A DNA stretch of 19,867 nt, taken from Clostridia bacterium (lineage in GTDB: Bacteria > Bacillota > Clostridia > UMGS1883). Shown one piece after another: positions 1 through 8,243 of the stretch (its first letter is position 1; every line of letters begins with the position of its first letter). Location of the stretch: NCBI GenBank assembly GCA_051866635.1, contig JBJDXJ010000008.1:1-19867 (forward strand). The letters run 5' to 3'. The notes beneath the pieces were generated by a model. It saw only the letters and a program-made list of their open reading frames with translations. It ran no database searches and had not been told where the DNA came from. A program made the position numbers and the translations under genes.

Positions 1-31
1 TACCCCTCATGATTGAGGGGTAGGGGTGTTG

Positions 32-56
32 AAGTGCGAGTCATCGCACTTTTTTT
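32..56 (+). terminator. Intrinsic terminator for a gene left of the window, converging on spoVM
   Basis: Hairpin AAGTGCGA-gtca-TCGCACTT running into a T tract (50-56). Confidence 0.65.
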
Positions 57-68
57 ACAGCTCCTTTT

Positions 69-140
69 TCATTTTATTCTAAGTATTGTTTTTGTGATTG
101 ATGATAAAAATTTGGGCATTTTAAATACTAAAACCTTCAT
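69..140 (-). CDS. spoVM: Stage V sporulation protein M (SpoVM)-like amphipathic peptide, 23 aa
   Basis: Hand translation gives MKVLVFKMPKFLSSITKTILRIK*. It matches the SpoVM pattern MKxxxxKLPKFL (B. subtilis MKFYTIKLPKFLGGIVRAML...), including Pro9. GGAG RBS about 6 nt upstream. Not in the ORF track. Confidence 0.88.
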   Translation of the reverse strand: MKVLVFKMPKFLSSITKTILRIK

Positions 141-170
141 GATATTCTCCATTCCTTATTAAATTTTAAT

Positions 171-200
171 AAATTATGTTTGTCTTTTTACCTTTTATGA
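171..200 (-). promoter_or_regulatory. Putative sigmaE (mother-cell) promoter of spoVM
   Basis: The - strand reads TCATAAA-N15-CATAATTT, fitting the sigmaE consensus (about TCATATT-N14/15-CATAcanT). B. subtilis spoVM is sigmaE-dependent. Confidence 0.6.
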
Positions 201-334
201 CAGGATATACAGAATACAATTATAATGAAGCCTTCTATGGCGGCAATGAGCCATATGGGGCATATAAGCGCCGTAAATATTCCCGTCACGAAGAAAAGAC
301 ATCCTAATCCCATTGGGCGACGGTTTTTATGCAT
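188..334 (-). CDS. Small two-helix membrane protein, 48 aa, unknown function
   Basis: Hand translation gives MHKNRRPMGLGCLFFVTGIFTALICPIWLIAAIEGFIIIVFCISCHKR*. GGAGGT RBS (341-346) 6 nt before ATG. Basic ends flank two hydrophobic segments. Not in the ORF track. Confidence 0.7.
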   Translation of the reverse strand: MHKNRRPMGLGCLFFVTGIFTALICPIWLIAAIEGFIIIVFCISCHKR

Positions 335-450
335 GGGCAAACCTCCATGGTACATATTACGCAAAAAGAAGAAATTTGTTACTGTACGTTTTATGGGACA
401 TATCTTTTTGTATCATAAAGATGCAGAAAGGATTGAAAGGGGTAATTACT

Positions 451-588
451 ATGAAAACAATGAAAGAAATTTTTACTGTTACGGAAGGATACCTTTTGGT
501 TATGGAGAAAAAAAGAGAAAAAGAGGAAAGACAAAAATATATCTGGGATATGGATGACGACAGTTATTACTTTGAAGAAAGATTTTAA
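451..588 (+). CDS. Small hypothetical charged protein, 45 aa
   Basis: MKTMKEIFTVTEGYLLVMEKKREKEERQKYIWDMDDDSYYFEERF, the 3' half of track ORF 313..588. AAAGGGGT RBS (436-443) precedes ATG 451. Confidence 0.5.
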   Translation: MKTMKEIFTVTEGYLLVMEKKREKEERQKYIWDMDDDSYYFEERF

Positions 589-596
589 AAAAAGTA

Positions 597-625
597 TTGA
601 TAATCAGGGAAAAGTGTAGTATAAT
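597..625 (+). promoter_or_regulatory. SigmaA promoter of SRP RNA
   Basis: TTGATA (597-602)-N17-TATAAT (620-625), 6 nt before the SRP RNA 5' end. Confidence 0.85.
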
Positions 626-631
626 AATGAA

Positions 632-899
632 GTCGTACTAACCGGGGAGGCAGCGGTGCCCTGTATCCGCAATCCGCTATAGCGGGGGCTAATTCCCCAA
701 TTGAGGTGCTTTTTTCGTATGGCTGGAAATCGCAAGTGGTGTTGACAGTCGGGTCTTACGCAACAATCGTCCGTGAACCTTGTCAGGCGGGGAACCGAGC
801 AGCAATAAGCGTCAACGGTTGTGTGCCGTGAGGTCGCCCGACTCGAGCTAACTGCTTTTGTGCCGCATATGATGAAGTAACGATTTTGGGGTGTACGGC
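632..899 (+). ncRNA. ffs: Signal recognition particle RNA, large Firmicutes type (scRNA) with Alu domain
   Basis: 5' GTCGTAC pairs with 3' GTACGGC. Alu-domain sequence GGGGAGGCAGCGGTGCCCTGTA...GCAATCCGCTATAGCGGG. Helix 8 TGTCAGG-CGG-GGAA-CCG-AGCAGC. About 268 nt, in the canonical position upstream of dnaX. Confidence 0.95.
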
Positions 900-989
900 T
901 TTTTAAATTTACAAAAAGATTTGCAAATTTAAAAAGCCGCGGATTAAATTCGGGAATTTTAATAATTGTTTATAAAAGGGGGGAGAAGG

Positions 990-2579
990 ATGGAATATCA
1001 GGCATTGTACAGAAGATGGCGACCATTGACTTTTGACGATGTAGTTGGACAGAAACACGTTACCCAGACAATAAAAAACGAAGTTGCCTCCGGCACGGTA
1101 GGCCATGCTTTTCTTTTTTGCGGCAGCCGCGGTACAGGTAAAACCTCTACTGCCCGTATTTTATCAAGGGCAATAAACTGTACCAATAATAAAGACGGAA
1201 ACCCCTGTAACGAATGTGAAAGCTGCAAAGGCATTTTGTCTGGCAGTGTTATGGATGTGGTGGAAATTGACGCCGCAAGTAACTCAGGTGTTGACAATAT
1301 CCGTTCGCTTCGTGAAGAGGCAAATTATGCCGCCACAAGTGTAAAATACAAAGTTTACATCATAGACGAAGTACATGCCTTGTCAAAGGACGCATTTAAT
1401 GCCCTTTTAAAGCTGTTGGAAGAACCGCCCGAGCATGTAAAGTTTGTGTTGGCAACAACAGAGGCAAATAAGGTTTTGGACACTATTTCCTCACGTTGTC
1501 AGAGATTTGATTTCAAGAAAATAACAAAGGATGATATATATAGCCGATTAGAAGAAATTTGCGATGCTGAACTGATTGAAATTGAGCCTGAAGCATTAAG
1601 GATGATTTCAGAGGCGGCAGACGGTGCCCTTCGTGATGCACTTACTATTTTGGAGCCTTGTATTTCAGCAGGAAAAAGTGTTGATACAGAATACGTGAGA
1701 GAGCTTCTGGGCTTTGGCGAAAAGAAAACTGTTTCTGATTTATGCTATGCGGTGGCAACAAACAATGGTGCAAAGGTTATTGAAATTATTGATTCTGTTT
1801 CTGCTTCAGGCAGAAATCTTAACCCTTTTACTGAATCTGTTATAAAAGGCTTTCGCTATATTATGATATATTCTATAACCGGCAAAAAGCCCATAGGTGA
1901 AAGTGACGAGGATTGGAATTATCTTTTACCATCCGGGGATGTTATGGGTGTTGATAAAGCGATTTTAGCGGTGAATGTTTTGTCAGAGGCTTATTCAAAG
2001 TCAAAGTATATGACATTCCCCAGGTTTATTATCGAGGCGGCACTTTTAAGGTTATGTAACTTAAAAGAGGAAACAGACATTGAATCATTAGAGGCACGCA
2101 TCGGTGAAATTGAAAAGAAGATTGCAAGGGGGATTACACTTTCACAAAGTGAAAATGCTAAAGATGTAGTGAAAGAAAAAAAGCCCGATAAATCAAACGA
2201 GGTTAAAAAAGCACCTAAGCGTGCAATTAAAACTCCTGACAGTGAAGATTTACGGAAAATTAAGGATAAATGGCCTGAAATCTTGTCTTCTATTGCAACA
2301 AGCGGAAGTCTTAATTTGTATATGGCTGTTGAAAATTGTGCACTTCGCTCCTTTGGTGAAAAGGTGGCAATTGTTTTCCCTGATAACGGTGGGGAAACAC
2401 TAAGAAGCATGATTGAATCAAGCTTAGACGAGCTTACTGAAATTATAAACAATGAAGCAAATATTTCTGTACAGCTTACAGTAAAATTAGAAAGTGATTT
2501 TGATAATAATGAGGTAAGGCAGGCAGAGGCTGACCCCTTTGATGAAATTGCATCTTTACCTATTGTAAATGAAAAATAA
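990..2579 (+). CDS. dnaX: DNA polymerase III subunit tau/gamma
   Basis: ALYRRWRP, Walker A GSRGTGKT, Zn motif [22 protein letters not shown]. Start moved to ATG 990 behind a G-rich RBS. Confidence 0.97.
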   Translation: MEYQALYRRWRPLTFDDVVGQKHVTQTIKNEVASGTVGHAFLFCGSRGTGKTSTARILSRAINCTNNKDGNPCNECESCKGILSGSVMDVVEIDAASNSGVDNIRSLREEANYAATSVKYKVYIIDEVHALSKDAFNALLKLLEEPPEHVKFVLATTEANKVLDTISSRCQRFDFKKITKDDIYSRLEEICDAELIEIEPEALRMISEAADGALRDALTILEPCISAGKSVDTEYVRELLGFGEKKTVSDLCYAVATNNGAKVIEIIDSVSASGRNLNPFTESVIKGFRYIMIYSITGKKPIGESDEDWNYLLPSGDVMGVDKAILAVNVLSEAYSKSKYMTFPRFIIEAALLRLCNLKEETDIESLEARIGEIEKKIARGITLSQSENAKDVVKEKKPDKSNEVKKAPKRAIKTPDSEDLRKIKDKWPEILSSIATSGSLNLYMAVENCALRSFGEKVAIVFPDNGGETLRSMIESSLDELTEIINNEANISVQLTVKLESDFDNNEVRQAEADPFDEIASLPIVNEK

Positions 2580-2596
2580 TAAAGGAGAGAATAATT

Positions 2597-2947
2597 ATGG
2601 CAAGAGGCGGATTCCCCAGAGGAATGAACATGGGCGGAGCTAACATGAATAACATGCTTCGTCAGGCACAGAAAATGCAGGAGGAAATGCTTAAAACACA
2701 GGAAGAATTAGGCGAAAAGACTGTTGATGCTTCTGTTGGCGGCGGTGCTGTAGCAGTTGTTGTAAACGGTAAAAAGGAACTTGTTTCCATTACAATTAAG
2801 CCTGAAGCTGTCGACCCTGAAGATGTTGAAATGCTCCAGGATTTGATTGTTTCTGCTGTTAACGAAGCAATGCGTAAGGCTGATGACATGGTTTCAAGCA
2901 GCATGAGTAAAATTACAGGTGGTATGAACATCCCCGGACTGTTTTAA
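2597..2947 (+). CDS. ybaB: YbaB/EbfC family nucleoid-associated protein
   Basis: [12 protein letters not shown]...GGGAV...[19 protein letters not shown]...GGMNIPGLF. Lies between dnaX and recR. AAGGAG RBS. Confidence 0.95.
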   Translation: MARGGFPRGMNMGGANMNNMLRQAQKMQEEMLKTQEELGEKTVDASVGGGAVAVVVNGKKELVSITIKPEAVDPEDVEMLQDLIVSAVNEAMRKADDMVSSSMSKITGGMNIPGLF

Positions 2948-2981
2948 TTGATTTATGACTTTTGAACACGGAGGTGTTCCT

Positions 2982-3572
2982 ATGTATCCCGAAGCGTTAA
3001 AATTATTAATAGAAGAATTTGAAAGACTTCCCGGTGTTGGTAAAAAAAGTGCCGTGAGGCTTGCTTTTCATGTTATGAATATGGACAAGAGCAAGGCAGA
3101 AAGGTTTGCAAAAACAATTTTAGATGCAAAAGAAAAGGTGCATCTTTGCCCTGTTTGCCAAAATCTTACGGAGGACGAGCTTTGTCCTATCTGCAAATCC
3201 ATAAAGCGTGACAGAAAAGTTATATGCGTTGTGGAAGGACCGAAGGATATTATTGCAATGGAAAAAACTCACGAATATACAGGGTTATACCATTGTTTAC
3301 ACGGGGTAATTTCACCTATGGACAATATAGGACCTGAAGACATTAAGCTGAAAGAGCTTTTAAGCCGTCTTACAGGTGAAGTCAGTGAATTGATACTTGC
3401 AACAAATCTTACAGTAGAAGGCGAAGCCACAGCTATGTATATTGCAAGGCTTGTTAAGCCGTTAGGCGTAAAGGTTACAAGAATTGCACACGGTATACCT
3501 GTTGGCGGTGATATTGAGTTTGCGGATGAAGTCACACTTGCAAGGGCAATTGAGGGCAGACGCGAAATATAA
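2982..3572 (+). CDS. recR: Recombination mediator RecR
   Basis: HhH LPGVGKKSA, C4 zinc finger CPVC..CPIC, YHCLHGVISP, TOPRIM EGEATA, TRIAHGIPVGG. Start moved to ATG 2982 after GGAGGT. Confidence 0.97.
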   Translation: MYPEALKLLIEEFERLPGVGKKSAVRLAFHVMNMDKSKAERFAKTILDAKEKVHLCPVCQNLTEDELCPICKSIKRDRKVICVVEGPKDIIAMEKTHEYTGLYHCLHGVISPMDNIGPEDIKLKELLSRLTGEVSELILATNLTVEGEATAMYIARLVKPLGVKVTRIAHGIPVGGDIEFADEVTLARAIEGRREI

Positions 3573-3579
3573 AAATGTG

Positions 3580-3608
3580 TAATAATCCCTTTTTTGAATG
3601 TATATAAT
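3580..3608 (+). promoter_or_regulatory. Possible internal promoter for yaaL (sigmaE-like)
   Basis: TAATAAT-N14-TATATAAT in the recR-yaaL gap. AT-rich, so a chance match is possible. Confidence 0.25.
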
Positions 3609-3638
3609 ATCATATACAAAAAAAGAAGGTGTGATATT

Positions 3639-3893
3639 ATGCAAATCTCCGTAACGAAAATCTGGGAAATGATTCAGAAAGTGTTTGCACCTGTTGAGAC
3701 GGAAAGTGATTCTGTGGCAAAACTTTTGGAAAATGCGAAGAATGAAATCCGTTGTATACGTGCAAATATTGATGCGGTTAATGATGATAAGGTGCTTGAT
3801 ATGTACATATACCGTCTGAAAGCCGCAGAAGCAGAATACAGGCATCTATTGAAAATGGCAAAAGAAAAGGACAAGGAAGAAAAGACCGGATAA
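3639..3893 (+). CDS. yaaL: YaaL / DUF2508 family protein
   Basis: LLENAKNEI...DDKVLDMYIYRLKAAEAEYRHLLKMAK matches DUF2508. Canonical position after recR. Start moved to ATG 3639 after GAAGGTG. Confidence 0.8.
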   Translation: MQISVTKIWEMIQKVFAPVETESDSVAKLLENAKNEIRCIRANIDAVNDDKVLDMYIYRLKAAEAEYRHLLKMAKEKDKEEKTG

Positions 3894-3912
3894 TTTATTT
3901 AGAGGGTAACAT

Positions 3913-6900
3913 ATGAAAATAGAGCTAACTGATGAACAGAGAGCCGCAGTGGAGGCAAAAGTTGGTGAAAACTTAGTTTCAGCGGCGGCAGGAAGCGGCA
4001 AAACGAAGGTATTAAGTGAAAGAATAGTTAAACGAGTTAAAAGCGGCGATACATCTATCGACCGCTTACTTATTGTGACTTTTACCCGTGCGGCGGCAAC
4101 GCAGATGCGTGAGAGGATATATAAAGCTCTGGAGGAAGCGGTGAAAACAAAGCCAAGTGAAAACTTGAAAAAACAGCTTTCCTTGGTTTCAGGTGCTGAT
4201 ATATGTACAATTGATGCCTTTTGCATTGATTTAGTAAGAAAAAACTTTTTCCGTGTGGAAGTGCCTTCGGATTTTACAATAGCAGATTCAGGTCAGATGG
4301 CTATTTTAAGGGAAGAAGTTTTGCTTGACGTTTTGGACGAACTGTACGAAAAGGGCGATAAGGACTTTTTGAGCCTTGCAAATTCTGTGGGGTCAGGTAA
4401 AAATGACAATTCATTAAAAGAAATGATACTTACCCTTTATTTTGCCGCCATGGCATATGAAAATCCTGAAGAATGGCTGGATAAGGCAGTAAATATGCAC
4501 CTTTGTGGAAGTAAGGAAAACGACAAGCTCTTTGATTGCTTGAAAAAAGAGGCAGAGGACCAGTTTGCGGATTTAAAAACAATCCTATATTTAGGTGCAA
4601 ATGAAGCAGAAAACCTTGGGGTGGAAAGCTATAGGGATGTATTTAATGAGGAAATAAGGGAGCTTGAAAATATTTTTCACCTTGATGTTTCTTTGCGTGC
4701 AGAGGCCTTTTCCCTTGGAAAGTTTAAACGTAAAAAGGAAGAGGACAGCTTAAAGGAAGAAAAAGAAATCTTAAAGGCAATACACGAAGAAGCGAAGGAT
4801 TTATTGGGAAAGATATGTAACACAGTAAGCCTTTACAAAAGCCGGCGTGGCATATCTTATAACAAGATAAAAGCCCTTACCGATGCTGTAAAGCTGTTCA
4901 AAAAATATTATTATGAAGAAAAAATATCAAGAAAAGAGCTTGAATTTGCAGACTGTGAATATTTAGCCGTTAAGATTTTAAAAGGCGATGACGGTGAAGA
5001 AGTTTGCGAACAATTACGTGACAAGTATGACGAAATATATATTGACGAGTATCAGGACACAAATCCTTTGCAAGACTCACTTTTTGAGATTATATCAAGA
5101 AAAGCCAGAGGCGAAGGAAACTTATTTATTGTAGGTGACGTTAAACAGAGCATTTACCGTTTCAGACATACAGACCCTACACTTTTTTCTGATAAAGCAA
5201 AAAGGCTGGAAAATTCCAAAGACGGCAGAAAAATGATTTTGTCAAAAAACTTCCGTTCAAGGCGGGAGGTTATTGACAGCGTTAACAACGTGTTTGAAAA
5301 TATTATGCGTGAGAACACCGCAAATATCTCTTATGACGAAGAGCATAAGTTAAGATGCGGTGCGAAATATATTGAATACAGTAAAAATAAGAGCGAAATA
5401 TATATTTTGCAGAAGAAATATGAAACAGAATTTGATGATGAAGAATTGTCCAAGGAGCATAAGGAAACACTTATAGTTGCACAAAAAATCAGGGAAATGA
5501 TGGACGAGGGCTTTATGGTATCAGATAAAGACGGTATGCGACATTTGAGATTTTCCGATATTGCCGTCCTGTCACCTGTAATAAAGGGCAAGGTGGATAT
5601 GTTCCGTGCAATTTTTGATTTGATGGACATCCCTGTTTATTGTGAAGCAGGCAAAAGCTTTTTTGACACTATGGAAATACAGACGGTGATTGCCCTTTTA
5701 AAAGCTGTGGACAATCCCCTTTCCGATATTCCCCTTGCGGCAACACTGCGTTCACCTATGTTTTCCTTTACGGAAAATGAACTTATGGAAATAAGGCTAC
5801 AGGACAAAGATGTGCCATTTTATGACAATGTAGTGGAAAAAGCGAAATTAGAAGATCCTACAGGAGAAAAATGTGCTGAATTCCTGAAGGTTTTTTCCAC
5901 TTGGCGTGATGCGTCAAAAGTTATGGGCGTAGAGCCATTTTTGCAGAAAATTCTACAGGATAAAGGGTATTATTCCTTTGTGGGTGCTTTGCCCGGCGGA
6001 AGGGCAAGACAAGAAAATTTAAGAACCTTTATGGATATGGCTTTAAGGTACGAGACAACACAGTTTAAGGGACTTTACAATTTTGTAAGGTATGTGGAAA
6101 AAAGTGCTATGGGCGATGTAAGTGTTGATAGTATAGATTGCGGAATTGAGGATGCAGTTTTAATTACAAGTGTCCATAAGTCAAAGGGTTTGGAATTTCC
6201 CGTTGTATTCCTTATTGGTTGCGGAAAAGGCTTTAACGACAAGGATGCTCGAAGTAATATGATATTTACACCGTCAGGTGCTGTTGGTATTGTGGAAACT
6301 GTTCCCGAAAAAAGGCTCAGGTATAAAACAGGTGAATATGGTGCAATTGCTCTTATGATTAAAAAAGAAAGCCATGCGGAAGCACAAAGGCTTCTTTACG
6401 TTGCCATGACCAGAGCAAAGGAAAAGCTTATACTGGTGGGAACTGTTGACAACATTGAAAAAAAGGTTTTCGCATGGGAAAGCTATAGGAAAAATAACCG
6501 CCTGTCAGATTATAAGATACGAAGCTTTGAAAACTTCCTTGACTATGTATGCCCTGTAGCGGATGAAAAATACTGGGATGTACACTATATTGATGAACTT
6601 CCCGAAATTGTAAAGAAAGTAGAGCAAAGTGAGAAAAAGAAAGAAAGCACAGCTTTGATAGATGGAGTAGTTGATAAGCTTAATTATGTTTATCCTTATA
6701 TGAATGTACAAAACATTCCTTCCAAAATGAGCGTAAGCGAAATAAAGAAAATGAGCATGGAGGAAGAAATGTGTGTTGATTACTATTCTGATTCCACCCA
6801 AAAGCGTATACCGAAATTTTTGCAAAAAGATACCGCACTTAAAGGAGCAGGGCGTGGTACGGCGTATCATAGGGTGATGGAGCTTATTGACCTTAATGAA

Positions 6901-7332
6901 ACTGATGTTAAGGGTGCAATTGCCGGTTTTGTTGAAAAAGGGTTAATGAGAGGGGAAGAAGCAGAGTGCATTGATGTAGAAAAGATAGAAACATTTCTTA
7001 AATCCCCATTGGCAGATAGGATGCGAAACGCAAAAAGAATATGGAGGGAGGAACCCTTTACTATTTCAATTGATGCAAAAGATGTGTACGCAGAGGGGGA
7101 AAACGAAAAGATATGTGTTCAGGGAACTGTTGACTGCTTTTTTGAAGACTGTGACGGAAAGCTTGTCCTTTTAGATTATAAAACCGATTTTTATACCGAC
7201 AAGGAAGAAATCCGTGCAAAATACAAAAAACAGTTGGAGCTTTACGAGGTGGCAATTTTTAATAAATTTTCACAGAATTGTAATGATAAATATCTTTACT
7301 TGTTCCATAATGATGATATAATAAACGTATGA
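3913..7332 (+). CDS. addA: ATP-dependent helicase/nuclease subunit A (AddA/RexA)
   Basis: SF1A motifs SAAAGSGKT, VTFTRAAA, DEYQDTN, VGDVKQSIYRFR, NFRS, HKSKGLEFP, RLLYVAMTRAKE. C-terminal RecB-type nuclease GTAYH...QGTVD...LDYKTD...QLELY. 1139 aa. Confidence 0.93.
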   Translation: MKIELTDEQRAAVEAKVGENLVSAAAGSGKTKVLSERIVKRVKSGDTSIDRLLIVTFTRAAATQMRERIYKALEEAVKTKPSENLKKQLSLVSGADICTIDAFCIDLVRKNFFRVEVPSDFTIADSGQMAILREEVLLDVLDELYEKGDKDFLSLANSVGSGKNDNSLKEMILTLYFAAMAYENPEEWLDKAVNMHLCGSKENDKLFDCLKKEAEDQFADLKTILYLGANEAENLGVESYRDVFNEEIRELENIFHLDVSLRAEAFSLGKFKRKKEEDSLKEEKEILKAIHEEAKDLLGKICNTVSLYKSRRGISYNKIKALTDAVKLFKKYYYEEKISRKELEFADCEYLAVKILKGDDGEEVCEQLRDKYDEIYIDEYQDTNPLQDSLFEIISRKARGEGNLFIVGDVKQSIYRFRHTDPTLFSDKAKRLENSKDGRKMILSKNFRSRREVIDSVNNVFENIMRENTANISYDEEHKLRCGAKYIEYSKNKSEIYILQKKYETEFDDEELSKEHKETLIVAQKIREMMDEGFMVSDKDGMRHLRFSDIAVLSPVIKGKVDMFRAIFDLMDIPVYCEAGKSFFDTMEIQTVIALLKAVDNPLSDIPLAATLRSPMFSFTENELMEIRLQDKDVPFYDNVVEKAKLEDPTGEKCAEFLKVFSTWRDASKVMGVEPFLQKILQDKGYYSFVGALPGGRARQENLRTFMDMALRYETTQFKGLYNFVRYVEKSAMGDVSVDSIDCGIEDAVLITSVHKSKGLEFPVVFLIGCGKGFNDKDARSNMIFTPSGAVGIVETVPEKRLRYKTGEYGAIALMIKKESHAEAQRLLYVAMTRAKEKLILVGTVDNIEKKVFAWESYRKNNRLSDYKIRSFENFLDYVCPVADEKYWDVHYIDELPEIVKKVEQSEKKKESTALIDGVVDKLNYVYPYMNVQNIPSKMSVSEIKKMSMEEEMCVDYYSDSTQKRIPKFLQKDTALKGAGRGTAYHRVMELIDLNETDVKGAIAGFVEKGLMRGEEAECIDVEKIETFLKSPLADRMRNAKRIWREEPFTISIDAKDVYAEGENEKICVQGTVDCFFEDCDGKLVLLDYKTDFYTDKEEIRAKYKKQLELYEVAIFNKFSQNCNDKYLYLFHNDDIINV

Positions 7333-7351
7333 ACACTTTCGGAGGTTACAT

Positions 7352-8017
7352 ATGAAAAAATTTACTATAAGTATGCTTGTAATATTCGGATTTATACTTG
7401 TGTTTACCATATCCGGTATTGTGGCATTTAATTCTTTCCCTAAAAATGAAAAAAATGATAATCAAAATGTTCAGGTAAATTCACCGTTTTTGTCAAATAC
7501 ACAATCTTATGAAAGCATAAATGATAATAATGAAGCCTTATCTGTAGAAGGCGTGCTGACCATTATAACACCTTCTACGGATAAAGCAAAGACTGTTGTG
7601 CGTTACGGCACAAGGGATGATATAATTATTTATGAAAAAGTAAGCTATGCAAATGATGGTATTGATGTGGGAGAAGTGGTAGATCAGAACAATATAGCAT
7701 ATAATGATACGCCCAAAACGCAAAGCCAGACGGAAAAGAATGACACATCTTCAAGTAAAAAGGAAGACAATAAAACGACTTCCGAGTCCGACAAAAAGAA
7801 TGAAGATAAAAAAGATGAAAATTCAGAGGATGCTGTAGAAGATGATGAAAAAGCCCCGGCGGAAGCTGATGGGGAAAAAGACGAGGCGAAGGCCGAAAGT
7901 AAGGGCGAGGAACAATCGCTTGATACTCCTGTTGCAGAAGAGCCTAAAGTGGAAGAACAGCCACCTAAAGAACCCGGGCTTGACCCTGACAAATATTACA
8001 GCGATACAGGTTTATAA
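7352..8017 (+). CDS. Hypothetical membrane-anchored or secreted protein with a D/E/K-rich disordered tail
   Basis: GGAGGT RBS. MKK plus an about 23-aa hydrophobic segment, then a small globular region and a low-complexity charged C-terminal half. Confidence 0.75.
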   Translation: MKKFTISMLVIFGFILVFTISGIVAFNSFPKNEKNDNQNVQVNSPFLSNTQSYESINDNNEALSVEGVLTIITPSTDKAKTVVRYGTRDDIIIYEKVSYANDGIDVGEVVDQNNIAYNDTPKTQSQTEKNDTSSSKKEDNKTTSESDKKNEDKKDENSEDAVEDDEKAPAEADGEKDEAKAESKGEEQSLDTPVAEEPKVEEQPPKEPGLDPDKYYSDTGL

Positions 8018-8028
8018 AACTACAAAGG

Positions 8029-8186
8029 GCTGTAAAAAAAGTCTCTGATAAATAAGTTAAGACCATTTGGGACAGTCCCCCTTATGGCAAATTGGGAGAC
8101 AATTTGCCAAAGAAACCTCTAAAGGTTTTGTTGGGACAGTCCCGAAATGGTCTTTTTGTTATCTAAGTGCTGACTTTTTTTACAGC
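8029..8186. repeat. Nested inverted-repeat element (MITE/REP-like)
   Basis: Perfect 15-bp terminal IR GCTGTAAAAAAAGTC (8029-8043, 8172-8186). Inner IR AAGACCATTT(C)GGGAC. Two copies of GGGACAGTCCC. Two internal hairpins. Confidence 0.6.
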
Positions 8187-8211
8187 ACATTTTAAATTGG
8201 CATATGAAAAC

Positions 8212-8242
8212 AAAAAAAGCAAGCCTTTTGACTTGCTTTTTT
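8212..8242 (-). terminator. Intrinsic terminator of tRNA-Gly (potentially bidirectional)
   Basis: AAAAAAGCAAG...CTTGCTTTTTT stem with A/T tracts on both sides, directly after the tRNA CCA. Confidence 0.85.
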
Positions 8243-8243
8243 C

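Noticed and set aside
1-22. Palindrome TACCCCTCA-tgat-TGAGGGGTA, reminiscent of CsoR-type TACC...GGTA operators
   Set aside because: It lies at the window edge just before a terminator, the spacing is longer than typical, and no promoter or metal gene is visible. It cannot be assigned.
225-557. Track ORFs 225..557 and the long form of 313..588
   Set aside because: No RBS, and they overlap the better-supported 48-aa - strand gene. Only 451..588 has an RBS.
909-7992. Short antisense or alternate-frame ORFs inside dnaX, ybaB, recR, yaaL, addA and the 221-aa gene
   Set aside because: Shadow ORFs of well-supported genes, with no recognisable motifs.
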